From Elusimicrobiota bacterium (GTDB lineage: Bacteria > Elusimicrobiota > Elusimicrobia > F11), in the NCBI GenBank assembly GCA_044221725.1, contig JBGAON010000003.1, forward strand, positions 448,001-512,000: DNA of 64,000 bases. The letters are read 5' to 3'. A program made the position numbers and the translations under genes. Below, piece by piece: positions 9,783 to 18,765 of this stretch. Numbering within the stretch: the stretch's first letter is position 1; every line of letters begins with the position of its first letter. The notes under the pieces are model-generated. The model did no database searches. It was not told the DNA's origin and saw only the letters and a list, made by a program, of their open reading frames with translations.

Positions 9783-10798
9783 ACGGCGATTCCCTCCATC
9801 TCTGCTCCCACTTGCCGTGCCATGAGGTCACGAATCGAGTCCTGTGGAGGCTTGTTTTCAAAAAGAATTTTATAAATCTCGTTAACAATCGGCATTTCAA
9901 CTTTTTTCGCGCGCGACAAATGGTACGCAGATTCCGTTGTGTTGACGCCTTCGGCCACCATCGTCATTTCGCTGAGCGCCTGTTTCAGATTTTTTCCTTT
10001 GCCAATTTTTTCGCCGAGCATTCGATTGCGTGAATGTTTTGACCCGCAGGTGACGATCAAGTCTCCTAAGCCAGATAAGCCAAAAAATGTCACCGGTTGC
10101 GCTCCCATCACTTTGCCGAGCCGCGCCATTTCCGCCAATCCGCGCGTCATGAGGGCCGCTTTTGTGTTGTCGCCCAGATCGAGTCCATCCACAATGCCAC
10201 TGGCCACCGCATATACATTCTTAATTGAGCCACCGAGTTCGACGCCCAAGGGGTCGCTGCTTGTGTACACGCGAAAGCGTTCCTGTGAAAACATCTCTTT
10301 CACGCGATCCGCGGCGGACCTTGATTTGGAGGCCGACACCAGCGCGACCGGTCGACCCAGCGCCACCTCTTCGGCGTGGCTGGGCCCGCTGAGAATAACA
10401 AGTTCGCTTGCCGCTGGGAATATTTCAGAAATTATCTGGCTCATTGTGCAAAATGTTCGATTTTCAATTCCTTTGGTCGCGCTTATAACGAGCGCTGTGT
10501 TCGCCAACGCACCGCTCGATTGGGCGGCCGCGAACGTTGAGCGGACGCCATGAGAAGGCGTAACTGACAACACCACAGGCCGGTCGCGCAATGTTTCACC
10601 AATGTCGTTTGATACTTGAACGGAAGCAGGAATTTGCAACTCCGGTAACGTTTTCAGCGTGCGCTGCTTCCTTAAGAAGTCCGCTACATCTTTAGCGTAT
10701 TCCCAAATCATCACATCGTGGCCGAGTTTTGCGAGGTGAACGGCCAACGTTGCGCCCCAGGTTCCTCCTCCCAATACGGCCACCCGCTCTTTTTTCAT
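9779..10798 (-). CDS. gpsA: NAD(P)H-dependent glycerol-3-phosphate dehydrogenase
   Basis: GGGTWG, ATKGIE, SGPSHAEEV, KNVYA, GLGDLIVTC and SRN motifs. Confidence 0.95.
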   Translation of the reverse strand: MKKERVAVLGGGTWGATLAVHLAKLGHDVMIWEYAKDVADFLRKQRTLKTLPELQIPASVQVSNDIGETLRDRPVVLSVTPSHGVRSTFAAAQSSGALANTALVISATKGIENRTFCTMSQIISEIFPAASELVILSGPSHAEEVALGRPVALVSASKSRSAADRVKEMFSQERFRVYTSSDPLGVELGGSIKNVYAVASGIVDGLDLGDNTKAALMTRGLAEMARLGKVMGAQPVTFFGLSGLGDLIVTCGSKHSRNRMLGEKIGKGKNLKQALSEMTMVAEGVNTTESAYHLSRAKKVEMPIVNEIYKILFENKPPQDSIRDLMARQVGAEMEGIAV

Positions 10799-11391
10799 GA
10801 GAATTTCGCCTTTGGCTCCTCGCCTTTTGCGAGCCGTTTCATGTTGGGAATGTGTTTAACAAGAATCATGAGCGCGGCCACAATACCAAGAATTCTTAAA
10901 GTGGGTGGTGTGTTGGTCAAAAACATACTTACCAATAGTACGAGCGCACCGGCCATGGATCCCACCGAAACGTGTCGCGTGGACAGAAAAAAAATCAGAA
11001 ACGTCACCACAGCCAAGGTGGCCTGCAGCGGAACGAGAGCGAGAAACACGCCGGCCGAGGTCGCAACGCCCTTTCCTCCCGATCCCATCAGAAAAATGCT
11101 CCAGTTGTGTCCGACAATCGCCGCGAGCCCGCACGCGACCGCAAATCCGACGTGGTTCGGAAAAAAATGTCGCACGAGAACGACGGGCAAAACACCTTTC
11201 AACGCGTCGAGCGTCAACGTCGCGATTCCGGGCTTCTTCCCGAGAACACGCCACACGTTTGTTGCACCGGTGTTTTTCGAACCGTGTTCCCGTATGTTGA
11301 CGTGATAGAAAACACGCGCAATGATCACGCCGAACGGAATGGCCCCGATCAAATAGGAAATTGCCACGACCAAGTTTATTGACGGTGCCAT
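10795..11391 (-). CDS. plsY: Glycerol-3-phosphate acyltransferase PlsY
   Basis: YLIGAIPFG, GSKNTGATN, GHNWS, GGKGVAT and KHIPN motifs. Start re-set to MAPSIN at 11391 (TAATG overlap). Confidence 0.93.
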   Translation of the reverse strand: MAPSINLVVAISYLIGAIPFGVIIARVFYHVNIREHGSKNTGATNVWRVLGKKPGIATLTLDALKGVLPVVLVRHFFPNHVGFAVACGLAAIVGHNWSIFLMGSGGKGVATSAGVFLALVPLQATLAVVTFLIFFLSTRHVSVGSMAGALVLLVSMFLTNTPPTLRILGIVAALMILVKHIPNMKRLAKGEEPKAKFS

Positions 11392-11912
11392 TATGTCCAA
11401 GCTCCCAATTTTTTTTCTCCTACGATGACATAGTCGACCGATGACGCGATCGTAAAGAGCAACATAAGCCACAACGAAAGTCTCACGATATCGGGCGACG
11501 CGGGAATCAAGCACACGAGCGCGGTGGCCATCTGCACGGCGGTTGTAATTTTTCCAAGAATGCGCGGTTCGATTGCTGAAGAGCCCGTCAGGATATGAAT
11601 CACAGCCCAACCGAGCACAATGAGCAGATCGCGCGAGAAGACGACGACGAACGTCCACATCGGTACTTGATGCAGATACGTGAGCGTCATAAAAATTGAT
11701 GTCAGCAGCAATTTGTCGGCCATCGGATCGAGAAATGCGCCGAGTTTTGTTCCCTGCTTAAAATGGCGCGCGACAAGCCCGTCGAGAAAGTCGGTGGCCA
11801 TGCACACGAGCAGCAGCGAGTAAACAGTCTTAATGTGGTTCTCAAGCAGCGCGATGACAATGATCGGCACCATGAGAATACGCCCGGTGGTTATTTTGTT
11901 GGCAAGTGTCAT
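11391..11912 (-). CDS. pgsA: CDP-alcohol phosphatidyltransferase (PgsA-like)
   Basis: ANKIT..R and DFLDGLVAR...GAFLDPMADK signature. Confidence 0.85.
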   Translation of the reverse strand: MTLANKITTGRILMVPIIVIALLENHIKTVYSLLLVCMATDFLDGLVARHFKQGTKLGAFLDPMADKLLLTSIFMTLTYLHQVPMWTFVVVFSRDLLIVLGWAVIHILTGSSAIEPRILGKITTAVQMATALVCLIPASPDIVRLSLWLMLLFTIASSVDYVIVGEKKLGAWT

Positions 11913-13165
11913 GGCGTTGTGAGCTCGTGTGAAATTTTTTCCCAGTTTGCGGGATCGATGCGCAAGCGCAGATTTGTTCCGGTGGCCGTGGCGTTCTGTT
12001 CGAGAATGTGAGCGGTCCGATAGATGTCTGACATTAGTCGTTGTTTGGTGTGCGGAAGATCAAAGTTGACTTCGATGAGATTTTCATCCAGCTTTTGTTC
12101 GATGGCGGAAAGCAACTCGTTTAATCCCAATCCTGTTTTCCCTGAGATATGGAAGCCGTCGTTCCCGCGCAGGCGAGAACCCAGACGCTGAAAATTTTTG
12201 GGAGCGACGTCCGCCTTGTTGAATACGGTGATCATCGGAATTTTGTCGGCGCCTAGGTTTTTGATGACGTCGAGCACCGTGCGTTGTTGTTCTTTCCAAT
12301 CGGGTATGGATGCGTCAATCACGTGCACGAGAAGCGACGCTTCCGACACTTCTTCGAGCGTCGCACGGAACGCGGCCACAAGTTCGGTGGGCAATTTTTG
12401 AATAAAACCCACGGTGTCGGTGAACAGCACGGCCCGACCCGCTGGCAGTTTCACGCGGCGCGTGGTCGGGTCAAGCGTCGCAAACAGTTTGTCGTCGGCG
12501 TACACTTCGTTCGCCTTCCCTATTAATGAGTTCAGCAACGTTGATTTTCCGACGTTTGTGTAACCGACCAGCGCAATCTGCGGTAGCGGTACGCTTTGAC
12601 GGTTTACGCGCGCGCGGTCGCGATGCTCACGCACGTCTTCAATCTCTTTTTTAAGGCGTTTAATGCGCTCGCGCACGTAACGGCGCTCCACTTCAATTTT
12701 TCGTTCACCGGGACCACGCGTTCCGATGCCACCCATTTGTTGCGAAAATCCGCGCCATGAACCGGTGAGCCGCGGCACCAAATAATTTAGCTGTGCCAAT
12801 TCGATCTGAAGTTGTCCTTCGCGGGTACGCGCGCGCTGGGCGAAGATGTCGAGAATGAGCCGTGTTCGGTCCACGATCTTCGCGTGCAAAATCTTCTCAA
12901 TATTCTTCTGTTGGGCGGCCGTAAGGTCGTCGTCAAACACCACGGTTTTGATTCCGGTGCCTTGAATGCTTTGTTCGACCTCGGCAATCTTCCCTTTCCC
13001 AATGAGCGTCGCAGGATCTTTTCGCGCCCGCTCCTGCGAGAACTCTTTCACAACCGTTCCGCCCGCCGTTTCTACAAGACGACGAAGCTCTTCCATGAGA
13101 CTTGAGAATTGGGTTTCGGGTTGGCGAGGTTGTCGGATTCCGACGGTGGCAACTTGTTCCATCAT
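11909..13165 (-). CDS. hflX: Ribosome-splitting GTPase HflX
   Basis: ILDIFAQRA, GTRGPGE, GYTNVGKS, LFATLDPT, DTVGFI and NKAD motifs. Start re-set to MMEQ at 13165. Confidence 0.95.
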   Translation of the reverse strand: MMEQVATVGIRQPRQPETQFSSLMEELRRLVETAGGTVVKEFSQERARKDPATLIGKGKIAEVEQSIQGTGIKTVVFDDDLTAAQQKNIEKILHAKIVDRTRLILDIFAQRARTREGQLQIELAQLNYLVPRLTGSWRGFSQQMGGIGTRGPGERKIEVERRYVRERIKRLKKEIEDVREHRDRARVNRQSVPLPQIALVGYTNVGKSTLLNSLIGKANEVYADDKLFATLDPTTRRVKLPAGRAVLFTDTVGFIQKLPTELVAAFRATLEEVSEASLLVHVIDASIPDWKEQQRTVLDVIKNLGADKIPMITVFNKADVAPKNFQRLGSRLRGNDGFHISGKTGLGLNELLSAIEQKLDENLIEVNFDLPHTKQRLMSDIYRTAHILEQNATATGTNLRLRIDPANWEKISHELTTP

Positions 13166-14133
13166 GCGGAGGCAGTATAACAAAAAGCCTTCATTCTCAT
13201 GGCCAATTCCTGCTTTGTTAAGACTTTTCCGCCCTCTTCGCACGCAAACCATGCGGGTTTGATCTGCGTACGAAACCACGTGCGTTGGCGTTTTGCGTAG
13301 GCCAGCGTTCCCTTGATGAGTGCCGTGAGGAACTGATCGCGATTGAGTGTTCCTTGTACCACCTGAACCGCTTCGCGGTAACCAAAACTTTCGAGTGCGG
13401 GGCAGTGCGGCGAGAATCCTTGGCGGAGCACCTCAGCGGTTTCTTCAATCATTCCGTCTTTCAACATTCCGGCCGATCGTTCGCGAATCCGCATTTCCAA
13501 TCGTTCTTTGTTCCAATCGAGACCCATAACAACAAACGAGTGCCGCGGTTTTTCGCGCGAAACGTTTTTCCAATCCGAAAAACGTCGGCCCGTAAGTTCC
13601 AATACTTCGAGTGCGCGAATGATTTTGTGTTGATCGTGCGAGGTAATGGCGGCCGCGGCGGTGGGATCGATTTGAACCAATTTTGCGTACAGTGCGTGCA
13701 CGCCGTTCGCGGTGATTTCGTTTTCAAATTTTTTTCGAATGGCGGCGTCGGCTTTCGGTAACGGTGGCAGTCCTTGCTGCAGCGCTTTGAAATAAAATCC
13801 CGTGCCGCCAACGAGGATGGGTGTTTTTCCCCGCTCCAAGATTTCATCGATTAAGCGGTTGGCGTCGGCTGCGAAGTCTCCGGCGTTGTACGGCTGGTCG
13901 GGTTTTAGAAATGCCATCAAGTGATGCGCGACGCCTTCGACAACAAACTGATCGCCGCTGCGAACGCCAGCCGGCGTTGCCGTTCCGACCGGCAACCCCT
14001 CATAAACCTTTCGCGAATCAACCGAGATTATCTCTCCATCGAGCAACCGCGCGAGCTCGATGCCGATCGATGTTTTCCCGGACGCCGTTTGCCCAAAAAG
14101 TACCGGAATATTTTTCTTCAGAGGAACTGCCAT
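13162..14133 (-). CDS. miaA: tRNA dimethylallyltransferase
   Basis: GQTASGKT, DSRKVY, VGGTGFY and YAKRQRTWF motifs. Confidence 0.94.
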   Translation of the reverse strand: MAVPLKKNIPVLFGQTASGKTSIGIELARLLDGEIISVDSRKVYEGLPVGTATPAGVRSGDQFVVEGVAHHLMAFLKPDQPYNAGDFAADANRLIDEILERGKTPILVGGTGFYFKALQQGLPPLPKADAAIRKKFENEITANGVHALYAKLVQIDPTAAAAITSHDQHKIIRALEVLELTGRRFSDWKNVSREKPRHSFVVMGLDWNKERLEMRIRERSAGMLKDGMIEETAEVLRQGFSPHCPALESFGYREAVQVVQGTLNRDQFLTALIKGTLAYAKRQRTWFRTQIKPAWFACEEGGKVLTKQELAMRMKAFCYTASA

Positions 14134-14157
14134 AGCGGCGGAATCGTATCAAATGGA

Positions 14158-14201
14158 AATGGGGCTGCAGGTTCCTGCGACGCAGGTCCTACAGCCCCAT
14201 T
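14158..14201 (-). terminator. Long hairpin, probable terminator of the 14206-14550 gene
   Basis: AATGGGGCTG (14158-14167) pairs with CAGCCCCATT (14192-14201), with inner CCTGCG/CGCAGG arms; it sits right after the stop codon. Confidence 0.6.
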
Positions 14202-14205
14202 CTAT

Positions 14206-14550
14206 TTATTGCTGCGATTTCTTTTTGAACGGATGCGTTACGGTAATGCGCTGCGCTTTGTTGATGTCGTTTTCGGTCACGTACGACACAATGAGAGATT
14301 GGCCGATCTTTAGTTCGGTCGGCTTCACCTCTTTGCTGTCCGACAGAACGGTTGTTTGGTCGTTCCATTGGAAATGAGCGTCCAGCTGTTGCTTTTTGTT
14401 ACGAACGGTCAGGTTTTTCTTCGCGACATCGATCGCCGCAATTTTTCCGTAAAACCGTTCGCCCGGCATGGACGAGATGGGTTCGGCAGCTTTCAGCGAT
14501 GCAACGACGAGGCAGGTGAGGCCGGCAATGGCCAATGCAACTTTCTTCAT
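14206..14550 (-). CDS. Small secreted hypothetical protein (beta-rich, possibly OB-fold-like)
   Basis: Signal peptide MKKVALAIAGLTCLVVASLKA with AGGAG SD. The G.I.AID...LTV / LKIGQSL.V.Y pattern resembles periplasmic OB-folds. Confidence 0.7.
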   Translation of the reverse strand: MKKVALAIAGLTCLVVASLKAAEPISSMPGERFYGKIAAIDVAKKNLTVRNKKQQLDAHFQWNDQTTVLSDSKEVKPTELKIGQSLIVSYVTENDINKAQRITVTHPFKKKSQQ

Positions 14551-14602
14551 GATGAAACTCCTAGTTAGGAAGGAGGGCTCCAATTATTTGGAGAGGTGGC
14601 TC

Positions 14603-14656
14603 ATTCTACGACGGAGAACGCGGATGAATGTAAGCGGAGTGTAAACTTTGTGTAAG
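14603..14656 (-). promoter_or_regulatory. Promoter with triple 11-bp-phased TTACA repeats (OmpR/PhoB-like site) and a TAGAAT -10
   Basis: TGTAA at 14629, 14640 and 14651 on the + strand; TAGAAT on the minus strand at 14603-14608. Confidence 0.55.
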
Positions 14657-15022
14657 TTAGCGTGCGGTGCGCCGACGATCTTTCTTGAGCTTTGTGTTCG
14701 GTAAAGACTCATCGGATGTGGGAGTGGGAACATCGCCTCCCCAACGCTGAATGTCGATACCGCTCTCAAATTTTGATTCATCTTTGGAGCGCTGCGTCCA
14801 AACGACCCGGCCTTCGCAATACGTGTGGTTGGATGCGTCGGCAAATGAAATGTGAAGGTACGACGCTTCGACGAGCGGGATCGATGTGATGAGCCGCATT
14901 CCGTTCGGCCCAATTTCCACGCCAGCACCAAGGATTGGCGTTCCGTCAGGTAGAAACCGGATTTTCACTTCAAGGGCGGTGTCGTAGCGGAGAGCCTTTC
15001 GGCGATCGTTCGTGGCGCTCAT
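14657..15022 (-). CDS. PilZ-domain protein
   Basis: RRKALR (RxxxR), EIGPNG (variant of D/NxSxxG), GRVVW and GIDI strands. Confidence 0.8.
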   Translation of the reverse strand: MSATNDRRKALRYDTALEVKIRFLPDGTPILGAGVEIGPNGMRLITSIPLVEASYLHISFADASNHTYCEGRVVWTQRSKDESKFESGIDIQRWGGDVPTPTSDESLPNTKLKKDRRRTAR

Positions 15023-15345
15023 GCGGATTTTCGAAAAATCTCAAAAATGCTTTTTTTTGGTGGAGCCAGCCGTTGCAATTCGCGGATCAAATCTTCCCGC
15101 GCTTTATCGAATTGGACAGCGAGCGGACGAAGAGACTGCAGATCGGCGAGAAATTGGTGCGAGGCGTCATCTTTCAGGAAATCAAATGTGGGCGATTCTT
15201 TTGCCGCGGGTTCAGGTTTGGGCGGGAGGATTTTTTCAATCTCGTGCTGAGTCGGCACATCGATAGAAACGGATTGAATTGGCAATTTGTTTTTGTGTTC
15301 GTTCCCCTGGAAAAACCAATGCCACAAGTCGATCAAAAATTGCAT
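15019..15345 (-). CDS. Hypothetical protein
   Basis: 108-aa ORF with an ATGA overlap to the PilZ gene; preceded by TTGCAT-16-TAACCT-6nt-ATG. Confidence 0.55.
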   Translation of the reverse strand: MQFLIDLWHWFFQGNEHKNKLPIQSVSIDVPTQHEIEKILPPKPEPAAKESPTFDFLKDDASHQFLADLQSLRPLAVQFDKAREDLIRELQRLAPPKKSIFEIFRKSA

Positions 15346-15400
15346 ACGCCAAGGTTAGCTGAGATTCATCCAAATGCAATGGGGATAAACGATTTTTCCG

Positions 15401-15456
15401 AAAGAACTGGGGGCTCATCTACATCCCCTCCGACATAGAGAGCCCCCAGAAAGGCG
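15401..15456 (-). ncRNA. Candidate small hairpin RNA, or terminator
   Basis: CTGGGGGCTC (15407-15416) / GAGCCCCCAG (15440-15449) stem followed by TTCTTT on the minus strand; starts about 7 nt after a TAATAT -10. Confidence 0.35.
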
Positions 15457-15462
15457 AGCGCA

Positions 15463-15517
15463 ATATTAATGGAGAGGCGTTCCACTCAACGTAAAGTGTA
15501 TGTAAGTTAATTGTAAG
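15463..15517 (-). promoter_or_regulatory. Second promoter with triple 11-bp-phased TTAC(A/G) repeats and a TAATAT -10
   Basis: (C/T)GTAA at 15490, 15501 and 15512; TAATAT on the minus strand at 15463-15468; same geometry as 14603-14656. Confidence 0.55.
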
Positions 15518-15538
15518 AAGTTGGCTTATGAAAAGGGT

Positions 15539-15970
15539 TTAAGCGGCTGAGGCGGTGAGGATGGGACCGGCGGACACCAATAATTTCCGCCGCGGATCGA
15601 CACGAAGATTCATGCCTTCCATCGTGTGCGCGCCGAAGATCTGCAGATCCCCCTTTTGGGCAAACACCACTTCTTCTATGGTCTCAATATCGCCCAAATG
15701 CAAGACCACATAGCCAACGTAACGCTTTAAGATGCTTCCATTGGCCATAACAAATGAGAGAGGTTTCTCTTTCCTCACGGCGCCAATACTTTCGAGAATT
15801 TCTTCTGAGATCCAAGTTGATTCGGCGCCGGTGTCGACCAGCATATTTTCGACGAGCGCCTTTCTTTCGGAGTGTCTGTAATTTTCAACGATGCAACTTG
15901 TGTAGAACGTACCCACTGTGTTTCCTTCCTTTAGTCGGAGAGGTTGACTTTTTTCCATGGGAGAGGTCAT
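15539..15970 (-). CDS. Clan AA (retropepsin-like) aspartic protease
   Basis: MLVDTGA catalytic motif, MANG flap and IFGAHTMEG. Start is either ATG 15970 or GTG 15916 (AAGGAAGGA SD). Confidence 0.85.
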   Translation of the reverse strand: MTSPMEKSQPLRLKEGNTVGTFYTSCIVENYRHSERKALVENMLVDTGAESTWISEEILESIGAVRKEKPLSFVMANGSILKRYVGYVVLHLGDIETIEEVVFAQKGDLQIFGAHTMEGMNLRVDPRRKLLVSAGPILTASAA

Positions 15971-16011
15971 AACGCGCGAAATATTACCACAGCGGTCAAC
16001 AGCACCATGAT

Positions 16012-17310
16012 TTATTCACCGGCGATGGTGAGATTCGCGAAAAGGATTCCTTGAGGAACGAGCGCACGTTCGCGTTGGGTGCGTTCTTTGGATAGCGTGC
16101 ATTCCAAAAGATTTCTTTGCAAAACGCCGGACACCGAACCGCCTTTAATGGGACGCACACCTTTGTTCGAAATTTCGTAACCGGCGCGAATTTCGGCGCT
16201 AAACGCACCGGTAATCGCGTTCGGTTCGAACGCAGAGAACGCTTGCAGATGATAAATCGGCTTTCCTTCTCCGATCTCGGGGTCGAGCAACGTTTGAAAC
16301 GGTGTACTCCCGCTTTCCACTTCGGTGTTCCCCAACTCTCCGGTGACCGGCACTTTCAAATAATCGGAGTAGCGTTGATCGGACAAGTAAGCTTCGAGTT
16401 TGTTCCTATTTATTAGGCGCACGCGGTTCGTCGGTGTGCCGTAGGAATCGAACGCGCTCGAACCGACGGCGCGGTCAATCACACCGTTGGACCACAGCGT
16501 GATGGAATCTCCTTTGATGGGTCCGTCTTCGACAACGCTTTGCCCGAGGTCGCTTTGCATCATCTTGTTGTATTTGAGTCTCGCGCTCGCACGCGCGATG
16601 AGCGGATTAAAAAGTCCATCGAGTGGTTCGTCGGATAGAACAACAGGAAACGTTCCGGTCTTGGGAAGCGCGGCGGCTGTCGCGTCGCGCGCGAACCGCG
16701 CACTTTGAGTAACTTCTCGCTCCAAATCAAAATCCTCGAGGAAGCGGCGCTTGTAACGGTTGATGTATTCGTTTTCTTTTGTGCCCGTGCGCGCGAGCAA
16801 AATAAATTCGGTTTCGAGCAGTGTTTCGTTTTGCGAAACGTCGAGCCCTTTGTGATTTACGAGGCGTGTTTCGATTTGATCAATAAAAAACTCTGCGGAT
16901 GAAAGCCGAATGCCTTTTTCTTTTGCGATGGCCGCAAGCAATTTTTCTTCGCACTGTTTTGGGGTCGCCGCGTCGATGTTTTCATCGCGCAACAAAACGT
17001 TGGGCAATTGTTTTGGACTTTCTGGAAGCTCAAACGGCTCGTTGTTCACGAGTTCGGCTGCGAAAACCGCTTGCTCAAATTCTTTATCGAAGTTTGCGAG
17101 ATTGGCGGGTGTGATTTTGAACGAGGACATGCCAAGCTTGCCCACGGCGTTCTTCTTGTAGATTGAAATCAAGCAGGCTTCCGTTTCCACGAGCCGCCGA
17201 CATTCCGTTGTGCCTTTAGCAAGAAACGATTGATGAGACTGCTTACGCGCCCACCGAATCTGCCAGCTCAAGTTCGAATTTTTAAATTTGTCCGCGATTT
17301 TTTGAATCAT
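16012..17310 (-). CDS. pmbA: TldE/PmbA-family protein
   Basis: Follows tldD with an ATGA overlap; FDSYG.P and NAITGAFS..I..GY.I features; lacks HExxxH. Confidence 0.8.
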   Translation of the reverse strand: MIQKIADKFKNSNLSWQIRWARKQSHQSFLAKGTTECRRLVETEACLISIYKKNAVGKLGMSSFKITPANLANFDKEFEQAVFAAELVNNEPFELPESPKQLPNVLLRDENIDAATPKQCEEKLLAAIAKEKGIRLSSAEFFIDQIETRLVNHKGLDVSQNETLLETEFILLARTGTKENEYINRYKRRFLEDFDLEREVTQSARFARDATAAALPKTGTFPVVLSDEPLDGLFNPLIARASARLKYNKMMQSDLGQSVVEDGPIKGDSITLWSNGVIDRAVGSSAFDSYGTPTNRVRLINRNKLEAYLSDQRYSDYLKVPVTGELGNTEVESGSTPFQTLLDPEIGEGKPIYHLQAFSAFEPNAITGAFSAEIRAGYEISNKGVRPIKGGSVSGVLQRNLLECTLSKERTQRERALVPQGILFANLTIAGE

Positions 17311-18683
17311 GCCAAGCGCGCTTTCATTCTGAGGTGCGGTCCACCTGTCGTGTTCTTTACCCACTCTTTGTGGCCTTTGCCGCACATGCCAAGCCCTGAA
17401 ATCCAGCGGTCATTTCCCACCATCGAAATGGATTTCAAAAGATCCGGCACGAAACCCGTCATAATGACCGGCGAATAAACTTTTCCGGTGAGTTTTCCTT
17501 TTTTAATTTCTTCGGCCCACAAGCCTTCCACTTGAATTCCCCACGCTTGTGGATCTTCCATTCCGTTCGTCGCGTGCCGCAAATAAAGTCCATTCTCGAT
17601 CGAGGCGATCATTTCTTGGGGTGAATTTTTCCCGTTGTCGAAAAAAGTGTTCGTCATGCGCGCGTACGCCTTGCGCGCAAAGCTTTCGCGGCGGCCGTTG
17701 GCGGAACGAACAAGCCTAAGTGCTCGCGCGGAGGCAAGATCGGTGAGTCCGCGTTGAAGAATGCCATTCTTAATAATGTGCGTGCGCGTGCTCGGTTGAC
17801 CCTCGTCGTCGAAATAAAATCCACCGGCTTCTTCAATAAGCGACGGGTCATCAAACATGTTCACGATCGGCGACGCGACTTGCTTGCCGATGTAATGCTG
17901 ACTCAGCGCGCGCTCGCGCACATAAAGGTCCGTTTCCATTCCGTGTCCGAAGCATTCGTGCGCGATGATTCCCGACCAATCGGGATCGGTGACCGTGTCG
18001 TAAAGTCCGGGCGTGAGGCGCTCCGCTTTTGCGAGAACGGCCGCGTCCGCGACCATGCGTTTAATCTCTTCATCGGTGATGACCGCTTTCTCGAGGCCGC
18101 CATTTTTCGAAACGCCGCCGTGCACATCGGCCATTTTTCCGTCGACAGCCACAAACGTTACAAGAATCGCGTCGACGCGCGTGATGTGTTGCGACATGCG
18201 CTTCGCGCGGTTCACAAAAATATCTTCACTGGTCGTGTCGCCGAGAATCGACACGGCGTTTGCCACGCGCGGGTCAACGCCCAGCGCTTTGTTCATTCGG
18301 TCGCGCGCCAGTTCGAGTTTTTCTTTGGCAGAAACCGTGGTTGGATCTTTCTCGACCGGTGAACGAAAATCTTTATCGATCGATGCGCCAGCGTCGACAT
18401 CGGAGACGGGCACCTTTTTGTCCAATTCTTTAACGCAGGATTTTGCGAGATCGGTCAGCGTGGATTTGAGCGTGGACCATTCCCATTTGTTTGTCGCGTA
18501 CTCAAAAAAGTTCTGACCGTTCCAAAGCGTGACGGTCAAGCCTTCGGCGGGATCTTCGGGCTCCACGTTCTCCTGAACACGATTCACATTTACGCGCAAC
18601 CCCGATTTCTTCTTGTACAGCGCCGCCGCGTAAGGAACCGTTTTCTCAAGATGGGCAACGAGATCAGAAAGTTCGTCTTTCAC
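17307..18683 (-). CDS. tldD: TldD metalloprotease
   Basis: HECFGH (HExxGH), FDDEG, NGRRES, RMTNT and CGKG motifs. Confidence 0.92.
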   Translation of the reverse strand: MKDELSDLVAHLEKTVPYAAALYKKKSGLRVNVNRVQENVEPEDPAEGLTVTLWNGQNFFEYATNKWEWSTLKSTLTDLAKSCVKELDKKVPVSDVDAGASIDKDFRSPVEKDPTTVSAKEKLELARDRMNKALGVDPRVANAVSILGDTTSEDIFVNRAKRMSQHITRVDAILVTFVAVDGKMADVHGGVSKNGGLEKAVITDEEIKRMVADAAVLAKAERLTPGLYDTVTDPDWSGIIAHECFGHGMETDLYVRERALSQHYIGKQVASPIVNMFDDPSLIEEAGGFYFDDEGQPSTRTHIIKNGILQRGLTDLASARALRLVRSANGRRESFARKAYARMTNTFFDNGKNSPQEMIASIENGLYLRHATNGMEDPQAWGIQVEGLWAEEIKKGKLTGKVYSPVIMTGFVPDLLKSISMVGNDRWISGLGMCGKGHKEWVKNTTGGPHLRMKARLA

Positions 18684-18686
18684 AAT

Positions 18687-18758
18687 GCCGTCATCCCTTC
18701 TGGGCCCCGGCTTATGCTGTTTCGGGTCAATTGCACCATTCGACGGACCGGGGCGACG
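18687..18758. repeat. Degenerate REP-like palindromic element
   Basis: GCCGTCATCCC ... CCGGGGCGACG ends match the dispersed family. Confidence 0.45.
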
Positions 18759-18765
18759 AAGTTTT

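Noticed and set aside
15539..18683. tldD-tldE plus aspartic protease as a RiPP maturation cluster
   Set aside because: No precursor peptide, YcaO, radical SAM or exporter nearby; TldDE is commonly housekeeping.
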